Under the pieces are notes generated by a model. The model made no database searches. It was given only the letters and a program-made list of their open reading frames with translations, and was not told the DNA's origin. Of a stretch of DNA of 64,000 bases, positions 43,572 through 51,319 are shown one piece after another. The first letter of the stretch is position 1, and each line of letters begins with the position of its first letter. The stretch spans positions 40,879 to 104,878 of the forward strand of contig JAIOPD010000070.1 in NCBI GenBank assembly GCA_021414115.1, read 5' to 3'. The DNA is from Planctomycetia bacterium (GTDB lineage Bacteria > Planctomycetota > Planctomycetia > Pirellulales > UBA1268). The translations under genes were made by a program, and so were the position numbers.

Positions 43572-43647
43572 TCCGGCCGAGGTGCCGCGGCTCGAGAAGG
43601 AACTCGCCGCCGCCCACGCCGAACTCGCAACATTGAAGCAGCACTGA
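43477..43647 (+). CDS. small coiled-coil protein (56 aa)
   Basis: [64 protein letters not shown] Shine-Dalgarno 6 nt upstream. The Lys-rich heptad pattern is unusual for a random frame at this G+C. Confidence 0.55.
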   Translation: MDKKAKKRIEVLQQKIAKLQQLVAGAKKQPDDPAEVPRLEKELAAAHAELATLKQH

Positions 43648-43664
43648 GTCGAGGACGTCAGGGC

Positions 43665-44516
43665 ATGGGGTTTTTCTCTTCGCTGTTCGGTGGATCGGAC
43701 CGAACCGATCTCTGGAAGCGGTTCGAGCGGCTGCGGGAAAGTTCGTCCGGCACGATGTCGACCTTCTACAAGGTCCGCGATCTGAAGACGGGGCAGGTCC
43801 TCGGACTCAAGATCGTCGATGCGGCGAAGGCGGCTCCGGTGGAAAGCCGCTACAAGTCGCTGGGCAAGCCCGGGGAAGGCGAGATCGGGCAGAAAATCAC
43901 GGGCCCCAACATCGTCCGCACGCTGGAGTGGGGCACGTCGACCACAGGCGACCCGTTCCTCGTGCTGGACTACGTCGACGGCGTGCTACTGCATTCACTG
44001 ATCAACTCCCGAAAGCCCTTCAGCCCCGCCGAGCGCATCGACCTCGTGCGGCAGGCCGCGACGGCAATCGCCGCGGTGCACGATGCCGGCTTCGTGCACC
44101 GCGACATCTGCCCCCGCAACTTCATTCTCCGGCCGGACGGCCGGCTCGTGCTCATTGACTTCGGACTCACCGTGCCCGACAAGCCGGCCTTTTTGCAGCC
44201 GGGCAACCGCGTCGGCACCCCGAACTACATGGCCCCCGAGGTGGTCCGACGGCGGCAGGCCGACAAGCGGCTCGACATCTTTTCGTTCGGAGTGACGGCC
44301 TACGAAATCTGCGCGGGACAGTCCCCATGGCCTCGGGGAACGAGCGGGAGCGCGGCCCTCGCCCACGACACTCCGCCCGCCGCACTTTGCGATCACTGGC
44401 CCGAAATCCCCCCGCCGCTGGCTGCCGCGATCGCGTCATGCCTCGAGGCCGACCCCAATCGCCGCCCCGCATCGATGGCGAAGTTTCTCGCCTCGATCGC
44501 CGCGGTGAAAGCCTGA
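43665..44516 (+). CDS. Ser/Thr protein kinase (kinase domain only)
   Basis: 283 aa. Contains VLGLKIV, HRDICPRNFIL, DFGLT and GTPNYMAPE. Confidence 0.85.
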   Translation: MGFFSSLFGGSDRTDLWKRFERLRESSSGTMSTFYKVRDLKTGQVLGLKIVDAAKAAPVESRYKSLGKPGEGEIGQKITGPNIVRTLEWGTSTTGDPFLVLDYVDGVLLHSLINSRKPFSPAERIDLVRQAATAIAAVHDAGFVHRDICPRNFILRPDGRLVLIDFGLTVPDKPAFLQPGNRVGTPNYMAPEVVRRRQADKRLDIFSFGVTAYEICAGQSPWPRGTSGSAALAHDTPPAALCDHWPEIPPPLAAAIASCLEADPNRRPASMAKFLASIAAVKA

Positions 44517-44557
44517 AAACCCCCGTCGCAACGTGCCGGCGACGTCAGCCCTTGAAG

Positions 44558-44590
44558 CGGACGGCCGTTGTCCGTAATTTCGTTTTCTTC
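44558..44590 (+). terminator. weak intrinsic-terminator candidate after the kinase gene
   Basis: CGGAC (44558-44562) pairs with GTCCG (44570-44574), followed by TAATTTCGTTTTCTTC. Confidence 0.3.
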
Positions 44591-44664
44591 GCGGCGACGT
44601 GCCGAGGCGTGAAACCCGACCCACAGTCGCTCATTCCGAGCCAGCAGGACCAAGGATCATTCCC

Positions 44665-44901
44665 ATGACGATGGACAAGAGCCTCCGGGTGCGCAAGGGT
44701 TCCTCGGGTGCCCGTGGCGTGCTCAGTCGCGCCGAACGGATCACCAAGCTCAAGGAGCAGGAGCGGTGGCAGGACGGCCGCAGTCCGCTGGGGCTGCCGA
44801 AGGTCCGCGTCCAGAAGCTCGCCATGAAGAAGAAGGTCAAGAAGGTCGAAGGGGCCGAGGGCGCGGCCGCCAAGCCCGCCGCTGGGGCCAAGAAGAAATA
44901 G
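44665..44901 (+). CDS. small basic protein (78 aa)
   Basis: MTMDKSLRVRKGSSGARGVLSRAERITKLKEQERWQDGRSPLGLPKVRVQKLAMKKKVKKV. It resembles the small-basic-protein family seen in Planctomycetes, Verrucomicrobia and Leptospira, from memory. Confidence 0.6.
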   Translation: MTMDKSLRVRKGSSGARGVLSRAERITKLKEQERWQDGRSPLGLPKVRVQKLAMKKKVKKVEGAEGAAAKPAAGAKKK

Positions 44902-44914
44902 CTCGCCGGCTTTG

Positions 44915-46336
44915 TCACGCTGGCCGGGCTGCCGCAAGGCACCGCTCGGCCGCGGCCTGACCTGAGGCGATGACCTGCGGAATGCCGACCCCCCGATAGG
45001 CCGCACCCGCCAGGGCAAGCCCGGGGTGGAGGCTCACGAGCGCCTCGATCCGCGCGATGCGGGCGAGGTGGCCGACGTGGTATTGCGGCATGGCATGGCC
45101 CCAACGTTCCACCCGCACGAGCCGCGGCTCTCCGCGGGCCCCGAGCAGGTCGCCGAGTTCGCGACGAGCGAGCGCGGTGAGTCCACCATCGTCGAGGTGC
45201 ATCGCCCCCGGGTCGAGGGCCCCGCCGATGAACACCCGAATGAGCACGCAGCCCTCGGGGGCGCGGCCCGGAAACTTCGAGCTCGAGAAACTGGCCGCAA
45301 GGATGCGACGGCCCGCCGTCCGCGGCACCACCATGCCGGCGGCGTCGAGCGGATGGGCGACGGCGTCGCGGGCGTAACCGAGTGAGACGATGCACGAGCC
45401 GGCATAGCCGATCGCCGCGAGTTCCCCGGCGAGCTGGGAGTCGACGCCGCGGAGGACCATCGCCGCGACGTGTGCCGGAGCCGCCATCACGACCGCATCG
45501 ACCGTCAGCGCACCAGATTCGAGGCAGCCCGCGTTGAGACGCCACCGGCCGCCGGACGTCGTGCCGAGACCAGTGACGTCGCCGGCGATGAACTGCACGC
45601 CGGAGCAACGCAGCTCCTCGGCGAGACGCCGCGGCAGCGTCTCCATGCCGGACGCGAGCGTGACGAACTGGCCATAGCGGGCCCCTGCGGCCTCGGCACC
45701 GCCCGTCTGGCGGCGGAGTCGGGCTCGCTCGCCGGCCCACAGGCTGCCCCACTCGTGTTCCATGGCCAGAAACTCAGGACAGGCGGCGGCCATGCTCAGC
45801 CGCGCCGGATCAGCTGTCCAGATTCCCGACGCGAGTGGCTGCACGAGCCGCTCGAAGGCCTCGCGACCAAGACGACGCACGGCGAAACTCTCGAGCGATT
45901 CGTCGTCGCCCGGAGAGCCGCCGCGCCGCGCCGCAACCAGCCGCTCGCCGAGCAGCCGGAGGCGGCCGACCGGAGAGAGGACGGGCGTGCCGAGGATGCC
46001 CGCCACGCGGCTCGGGGCCATGAGGCGAAATCCCGCAGGTGCCGGGAGGGTCCGCCCTGCATGCCAGATGAGTGCCCGCCTGGCCAGGGGTTCGACGCCG
46101 ATGAGTTCGCGGTCGAGTCCCAGTCTCGAGACGAGCGCCAGCCCTTCCAGTCGCGCGGCGAGAAAGCAGTCGGCCGACCGCTCCACGAGCCAGCCGTCCT
46201 GATGCACGGTGCCGATCACACCGCCAGCCCGTCCCGATGGCTCGAACACCGTCACTCGGCACGCGGGAGCAGCCCGACGCAACGCCTCGGCGGCCGCAAG
46301 ACCGGCCAGACCGCCACCGATCACCGCGACATGCAT
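44915..46336 (-). CDS. hemY: protoporphyrinogen/coproporphyrinogen oxidase, FAD-dependent (HemY type)
   Basis: MHVAVIGGGLAGLAAAEAL Rossmann start (ATG at 46336; the track start at 46354 is a GTG). Also VFEPSGRAGGVIGT and the C-terminal GLALAGAAYRGVGIPQVIASG. Confidence 0.85.
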   Translation of the reverse strand: MHVAVIGGGLAGLAAAEALRRAAPACRVTVFEPSGRAGGVIGTVHQDGWLVERSADCFLAARLEGLALVSRLGLDRELIGVEPLARRALIWHAGRTLPAPAGFRLMAPSRVAGILGTPVLSPVGRLRLLGERLVAARRGGSPGDDESLESFAVRRLGREAFERLVQPLASGIWTADPARLSMAAACPEFLAMEHEWGSLWAGERARLRRQTGGAEAAGARYGQFVTLASGMETLPRRLAEELRCSGVQFIAGDVTGLGTTSGGRWRLNAGCLESGALTVDAVVMAAPAHVAAMVLRGVDSQLAGELAAIGYAGSCIVSLGYARDAVAHPLDAAGMVVPRTAGRRILAASFSSSKFPGRAPEGCVLIRVFIGGALDPGAMHLDDGGLTALARRELGDLLGARGEPRLVRVERWGHAMPQYHVGHLARIARIEALVSLHPGLALAGAAYRGVGIPQVIASGQAAAERCLAAARPA

Positions 46337-46434
46337 TGGCTCGGGATTCGACACAGGACGCGATATTCTCCGTTAGACCAGCACCAATGGTAGCCACTGG
46401 GACTCGTCACTCTAGGCAGACTGGCGGAGGCACG

Positions 46435-46532
46435 AAAAAAGCCGGGAGACCGCGTGGGCTGGTCTGGACCCACGGCCTGGCCCCTCCTACCCTCCGCAGC
46501 CTTCGGGAGGATCGCTCCCACGGTTTCCCGGC
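46435..46532. promoter_or_regulatory. structured element (12-bp outer stem enclosing two hairpins) flanked by A6/T6
   Basis: GCCGGGAGACCG (46441-46452) pairs with CGGTTTCCCGGC (46521-46532), 11 Watson-Crick pairs plus 1 G-U. The inner stems are CGTGGG/CCCACG (46453-58/46469-74) and CCTCC/GGAGG (46491-95/46506-10). On the minus strand the stem is followed by TTTTTT (46440-46435). Confidence 0.4.
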
Positions 46533-46565
46533 TTTCGTTCACGCTGCCGTTCAAGGAGATACCTC

Positions 46566-48728
46566 GTGGCCACGCTGCGGTGCTCGACCTCGCGATTGCT
46601 GCTCTGCGGAACGCTCCTGACGGGAGCCTGCGGATTCCTTCGCCCGTCCCGTGCCGACGACGATGCCACACCACCGCGAACGCTGATGCGGCTGCCGACG
46701 TGGATCGAATCGTTCGGCGACGACGCAACTCCGTCGACAAGCGAAGCCGCCGCTGACCGGAGCACGGCTACCACTGTTGCCGACTGGAGTGATTCAAAGC
46801 CTGTTGCCACGCCGGTGATTCGCCCCGTGGCAGCGCCCCCCCTGACGCCCGTCGCGGCACCCGCCACAACCGAGTCGAGTGGATTTCGTCGTTGGATCAA
46901 CGACCGTGTCGCGACACTCCCGAAGCCCACCACGCTGGCCCCATCGGCGGCTGAAGCAAAGCCGCCGGCGGAAGTCACGGCCCCGCCGTTGGCCGACGTC
47001 GATCCCCATGCGAAGCCGACCGGTCCCACTCCGGACGAGATGCCGACGCTCTCCGTCGACCCGGCGAGTTTCCGTGGCGCCCTGCCCGGCAAGACGACCC
47101 GCGCGGAGATCGAAAAAAGTTGGGGCGCAGGCGAGGCGTTGAATCACGAGGACGGCGCGACCGGAGCCGTATGGGTGATCGAGCCTTTCGAGCGGGTCGA
47201 GGTGAGCTTTCAGAACGATCTCGTCATCGGAATCCGCATCAAACTCGGAGAAGCGGTCGCCGTGGCGGATCTGGCCCGACAGCTGGAGATCGCCGACCTG
47301 CGCACGGTGGCGGTCCGTGACGACCAGGGCGCTGAAATCGGCGTGGTCTATCCCGAACGAGGTGTGATCTTGAGCGTCTCCCCCGGGACCAAAGACGCCA
47401 CCGGCATCCTCATCGAGCCGCTCGACCCGGATTCGTTCGTGCTGCGAGCCGAGGGGGAGATCGAGACGTGCTCGGCCTATGCGGTGGCGGACCTGCAGTA
47501 CGCCATTCAGATCGATCCCCAGCACGTCCGGGCCCATCGGCTCCTGCTCGCGATGGCAGCCGATCAGGGCAAGTGGACGCAGGCCCTCACGCTGGCGAAG
47601 CAGGCCGTCCGCCTGGATCCCGACGATGTCTGGACGAAGCTCAAGTGCGCGGGCGTGCTCCTGGCCCTCGATCGGCCGGAGGAGGCTCGCGTGATGCTCG
47701 ACGGCGTCGCGAGTGCCGCCAGTTCATCGCCGCTGGTCATGGCACAGGCATCACGGCTCGCTGGGCGGATCGAACTCGCCCGGAAGACTCCCGATCATCA
47801 GAAGGCCGTCGAACAGTTCGGCGAAGCCATTCGCCGCGGCTCGCCCTTGCTGGCCAAGCGGTCGCCGGCGGTGCAGGCAGCCGTCCGTGAGCTGTTGCTC
47901 GACGCCCACCTTGGCACGGCGCTCGCGATCGCCCGCGGGACATGGCAGCAGAAAAGCCGCGTGATCCCCAAGTGGATCAGCAGGGCGGATGCGGTCGTGA
48001 AGGAGTTCGACGGCAACGACCGCGAACGCAACGTGCTGGAGTTGCAACTCTGCCGTGGTGCACTTGCCGCCGCGGCCGGCTCCACCGAGGCGATCGAGCC
48101 GCTCGCGTGGGTGAAGCGGCTCCTGGAACTCCGCGACCGGATCGGCGAGACCGAAGCCGACCCATGGCGACGACGGCAGCTCGACTGGGAGGTCGGGCAG
48201 GGACTTGCCGACGGCCTCACTGCCGCCCAGAAACGTGGCGATGCCACCGACATGCTCGACAACGCCACGCTGACCGCGGCCTATCTGGAACGGGGCGCGG
48301 AGCAGCGGGAGCTCACCGCTGCCGAGCGGAAAAACGTCGGCGAGTTGATGTTCCGCATTGGCATCATGCACAGCCTCCAGCGCGGCGACCATGCGACGGC
48401 CGTCACCTGGTTCGACCGCGCGATTCCGCTGTGGGACGGCAACGACCGCTTTGAACTCGACGGCGATCTCGGCCGCCTCGGCGAATCGTACGTGAGCATG
48501 GCCATCTCCTACTGGCAGGTGGCGCGTCGTGAGGAAGCCGTCACGCTCAGTCGTCGCGGTGTCGACCTCATGGTGGCGGCCGTTGACAAGAGCCAGCTCG
48601 AAGAGCGAGCCCTCGCCGTGGCCTACGGGAACCTGGCGACGATGTACGCCGAACAGGGCGACGACCAGCAGTCGCGAAACTACGCCGAGATGGCCAGCCG
48701 CGCCGAAGCCACCGGCACCGTGCGGTAG
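46566..48728 (+). CDS. TPR-repeat protein with signal peptide
   Basis: 720 aa. GTG start with an AAGGAGA Shine-Dalgarno 6 nt upstream. Signal peptide STSRLLLCGTLLTGACGF. TPR-like helices in the C-terminal two thirds. Confidence 0.75.
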   Translation: MATLRCSTSRLLLCGTLLTGACGFLRPSRADDDATPPRTLMRLPTWIESFGDDATPSTSEAAADRSTATTVADWSDSKPVATPVIRPVAAPPLTPVAAPATTESSGFRRWINDRVATLPKPTTLAPSAAEAKPPAEVTAPPLADVDPHAKPTGPTPDEMPTLSVDPASFRGALPGKTTRAEIEKSWGAGEALNHEDGATGAVWVIEPFERVEVSFQNDLVIGIRIKLGEAVAVADLARQLEIADLRTVAVRDDQGAEIGVVYPERGVILSVSPGTKDATGILIEPLDPDSFVLRAEGEIETCSAYAVADLQYAIQIDPQHVRAHRLLLAMAADQGKWTQALTLAKQAVRLDPDDVWTKLKCAGVLLALDRPEEARVMLDGVASAASSSPLVMAQASRLAGRIELARKTPDHQKAVEQFGEAIRRGSPLLAKRSPAVQAAVRELLLDAHLGTALAIARGTWQQKSRVIPKWISRADAVVKEFDGNDRERNVLELQLCRGALAAAAGSTEAIEPLAWVKRLLELRDRIGETEADPWRRRQLDWEVGQGLADGLTAAQKRGDATDMLDNATLTAAYLERGAEQRELTAAERKNVGELMFRIGIMHSLQRGDHATAVTWFDRAIPLWDGNDRFELDGDLGRLGESYVSMAISYWQVARREEAVTLSRRGVDLMVAAVDKSQLEERALAVAYGNLATMYAEQGDDQQSRNYAEMASRAEATGTVR

Positions 48729-48778
48729 CGCGAAGCAGGTTGACTGGCGGGCCCTATTCCCCGCGGAGATGCCTCTCA

Positions 48779-48884
48779 GGAAGCCCAGAGCGCAAGCGAC
48801 GGGTAGACGGGCAGCAACCTCGACGGTAGCGCGGAGCGGATCGACGTGGCGGGCGTATTTCCCGCGCTTGCGCTTGGGGCTTCC
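48779..48884 (+). repeat. Family-1 rod-hairpin intergenic repeat, copy D
   Basis: GGAAGCCCAGAGCGCAAGCGACGGGTAGAC...GTATTTCCCGCGCTTGCGCTTGGGGCTTCC. Lies in the convergent gap between the TPR gene (stop 48728) and the isomerase gene (stop 48919). Confidence 0.85.
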
Positions 48885-48918
48885 CGACGAAGACCCACGG
48901 ACGGCGACGTCGAGCGAT

Positions 48919-49665
48919 TTACAGCAGGCTCTCGAGAAGCAACCGCATCTTGCGGAGCTCGGCCACCTGGTCGATGCCCTCCATGGGCGGCATGTGGGCG
49001 CTGAGCGCCCGCTTGTAGCCCACCCGCTCCAACTGCTGGACGATCTTGCCGTACTCGACGTTGCCCTGGCCGACCCGCACCTGAAAGGCATCGGCCTTCG
49101 AGTCGCGGAGATGCACGTGGCAGACGTACTTGAGGATCGACTCCCACGAGGCCGGCTTCTTGTGGCCGTAGATGAAGTGGGTCGGGTCGAGCGTGACGCC
49201 GAGACCCGGGACGTTGCGACAGAGTGACGCCGTCGTCTCGGCATCCTGCGTCATCCTGCCGGCCGACGTCTTCACCGCGACCACGGCGCCGAGCCCGGAG
49301 GCGATCGCCACCATCTTGCGGAGTCGCTCGATCTCACCGTTGAAGGGGGTGCCGAGCTCTGAAGACTCGACCACCATCGTGACGACGCCGAGCGACTTTG
49401 CCAGTCGGCAGCAGGCCGAGAAGAGATCGTAGACCTCCGGGGTCTCGGAGGCGGCGAAGGAGACGGCCACGGGCCGCAGCCGCTGCAGGTCGCTGCACTC
49501 GGCGATCGCGGCGTCGGGATTGGCCGCCACCATGGCAGGCTGGAGGTGGCCGCCGTTTTCGTGCACGTCCAGTTCGACCGCCGTGAACTCGAGTTCGGCC
49601 AGCCGCTCCATCGCGGCGGCCAGCGGCATGTCGGGCAGGCATTCCGTGCTGACGCAGACGAACAC
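48919..49665 (-). CDS. sugar phosphate isomerase/epimerase (xylose-isomerase-like TIM barrel)
   Basis: The likely start is the GTG at 49665, preceded by AAGGAG (VFVCVSTECLPDMPLAAAMERLAELEFTAVELDVHENGGHL). An alternative ATG lies at 49629. Confidence 0.65.
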   Translation of the reverse strand: MFVCVSTECLPDMPLAAAMERLAELEFTAVELDVHENGGHLQPAMVAANPDAAIAECSDLQRLRPVAVSFAASETPEVYDLFSACCRLAKSLGVVTMVVESSELGTPFNGEIERLRKMVAIASGLGAVVAVKTSAGRMTQDAETTASLCRNVPGLGVTLDPTHFIYGHKKPASWESILKYVCHVHLRDSKADAFQVRVGQGNVEYGKIVQQLERVGYKRALSAHMPPMEGIDQVAELRKMRLLLESLL

Positions 49666-49855
49666 GTTCCAGGACTCCTTGTCGTGAATCAGCGCCCGGC
49701 AGCCGAGCCGCCTGGCGGGCCGGTTCCGGCCACGAACCCGCAAGGGTAGCGGGAGCCGGCGCAAGATGGCAACTTTTCGTGCGCCGCGCGGCCGACGTCG
49801 CCGTACAATCCCGGGCGGATCGGACACGAGCACCAGAAAACCGGAGTGCACCGGC

Positions 49856-50893
49856 ATGGAAATCGAATCGCGGCAGCTGCCGACACGGGTGATCCTCGAA
49901 CACGCGCGGCCCTGGGGCCCGTGGAGCACGCGGGCGGCGTGGATCATCGCCGGAATCGCGGTGCTCTCGGCAATCGGCAGCGCCGGGGCCTTCTCGCAGT
50001 ACTTCCAGCGGGATTCCCGCGTGGTCGAAAAGTATCACTCACTCTCCAAGACGGCGTCGGCCAAGGTGGCCATCGTGAGCGTCACCGGGGCGATTCTCGG
50101 AGGCGACGGCTTCGTCCGCTCCCAGCTCGACCAGATCGCCGAGGACGAGGGTGTGAAGGCGATCGTGCTCCGCGTCGACTCTCCCGGCGGCACGGTGAGC
50201 GGCAGCGACGAGATCCATCACCGTCTGGCCACGCTCGCCGAGAAGCGAAGCCTGCCGGTCGTGGTCAGCATGGGGGGCATCGCCGCCAGCGGCGGCTACT
50301 ACGTGGCGATGGCCAACCGGGCGGCAGACGACGTGATCTACGCCGAGCCTGCCACGCTCACCGGCTCGATCGGCGTGATCATTCCCCACTTCGACATCTC
50401 GCAGGCCCTGCGGAAGTATGACGTCCGCGATGACTCGATCGCGAGCGGCCCGCTCAAGGAGATGCTCAGCCCCACCAAGGACCGCACCCCCGAGCTCGCG
50501 GAAAAGGAACGGAAGCTCCTCCAGGAACTCGTGGACGACATGTATCGCCGGTTCAAGGAGATCGTGAAGGCGGGCCGGCCCAAGCTCGACGACGCCGCGG
50601 TCGACAAGGTCGCGACCGGGCAGATCTTCACCGCCCGGCAGGCCCTCGACGCGGGCCTCGTGGACCGAATTGGTTTTCTCGAAGACGCGATCGGCCGCGC
50701 CGTGGAGCTGGCCGGGCTCACCGCGGAGACCGCGCGGGCCGTGAAGTATTCCAAGCCCAAGGGACTCCTCGACGAGGTGCTCGGGGGCGTGGCGCCCGGG
50801 AGCCGCGTCGACCTCGCCGCGATCGCCGAACTCACCACGCCTCGCGGCTGGTATCTCTGCAGCTGGCTCCCCGCCCTCGTGCGGAGCGAGTGA
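49856..50893 (+). CDS. sppA: signal peptide peptidase SppA, 36K type
   Basis: Starts at the ATG at 49856. Contains VKAIVLRVDSPGGTVSGSDEI and SMGGIAASGGYYVAMA (S49 family). Confidence 0.88.
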   Translation: MEIESRQLPTRVILEHARPWGPWSTRAAWIIAGIAVLSAIGSAGAFSQYFQRDSRVVEKYHSLSKTASAKVAIVSVTGAILGGDGFVRSQLDQIAEDEGVKAIVLRVDSPGGTVSGSDEIHHRLATLAEKRSLPVVVSMGGIAASGGYYVAMANRAADDVIYAEPATLTGSIGVIIPHFDISQALRKYDVRDDSIASGPLKEMLSPTKDRTPELAEKERKLLQELVDDMYRRFKEIVKAGRPKLDDAAVDKVATGQIFTARQALDAGLVDRIGFLEDAIGRAVELAGLTAETARAVKYSKPKGLLDEVLGGVAPGSRVDLAAIAELTTPRGWYLCSWLPALVRSE

Positions 50894-51110
50894 CTCGCAC
50901 GTGGGTCAGCTGCCACGAGACACGCGCACTTCCGCCGGCTGCGGGACGGCATGAGGTTCCTCGCGGGAGTATTTCGCATGACGCGAGACGAGGGTTTGAA
51001 CTCCAGCGAGCGAAATCCTCCACGCTCGTCACGCTCACGCCGATCCCTCCGCCTCGTCCAGCGAGGGGCCTTCTGCGGCTTCCTCGGAACGAACGCAGAG
51101 GTCGAACTCA

Positions 51111-51250
51111 GCGAGGGCCTGCCCATACCCCGTCGCCGGCGTATGACGCCAAGCGCAGGCAGGATGCCGAAGCGCAGGCGGCATCCGAGTGAGTGGAGCC
51201 CAGGATGGGCGCAACGAACGTCCGGCGACGGGGCATGGGCAGCCCCTCGC
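51111..51250 (+). repeat. Family-2 hairpin repeat, copy 2 (long form)
   Basis: 27-nt arms GAGGGCCTGCCCATACCCCGTCGCCGG (51113-51139) and CCGGCGACGGGGCATGGGCAGCCCCTC (51222-51248) pair with 2 mismatches. The interior shares about 65 nt with the reverse complement of 33158-33225. Confidence 0.8.
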
Positions 51251-51319
51251 CCCGCGAACGTCCGGGACAACCGCGGCCCACCTCAACCAGCGTGTCACGT
51301 GACGCGTCGAACCTGCCGA

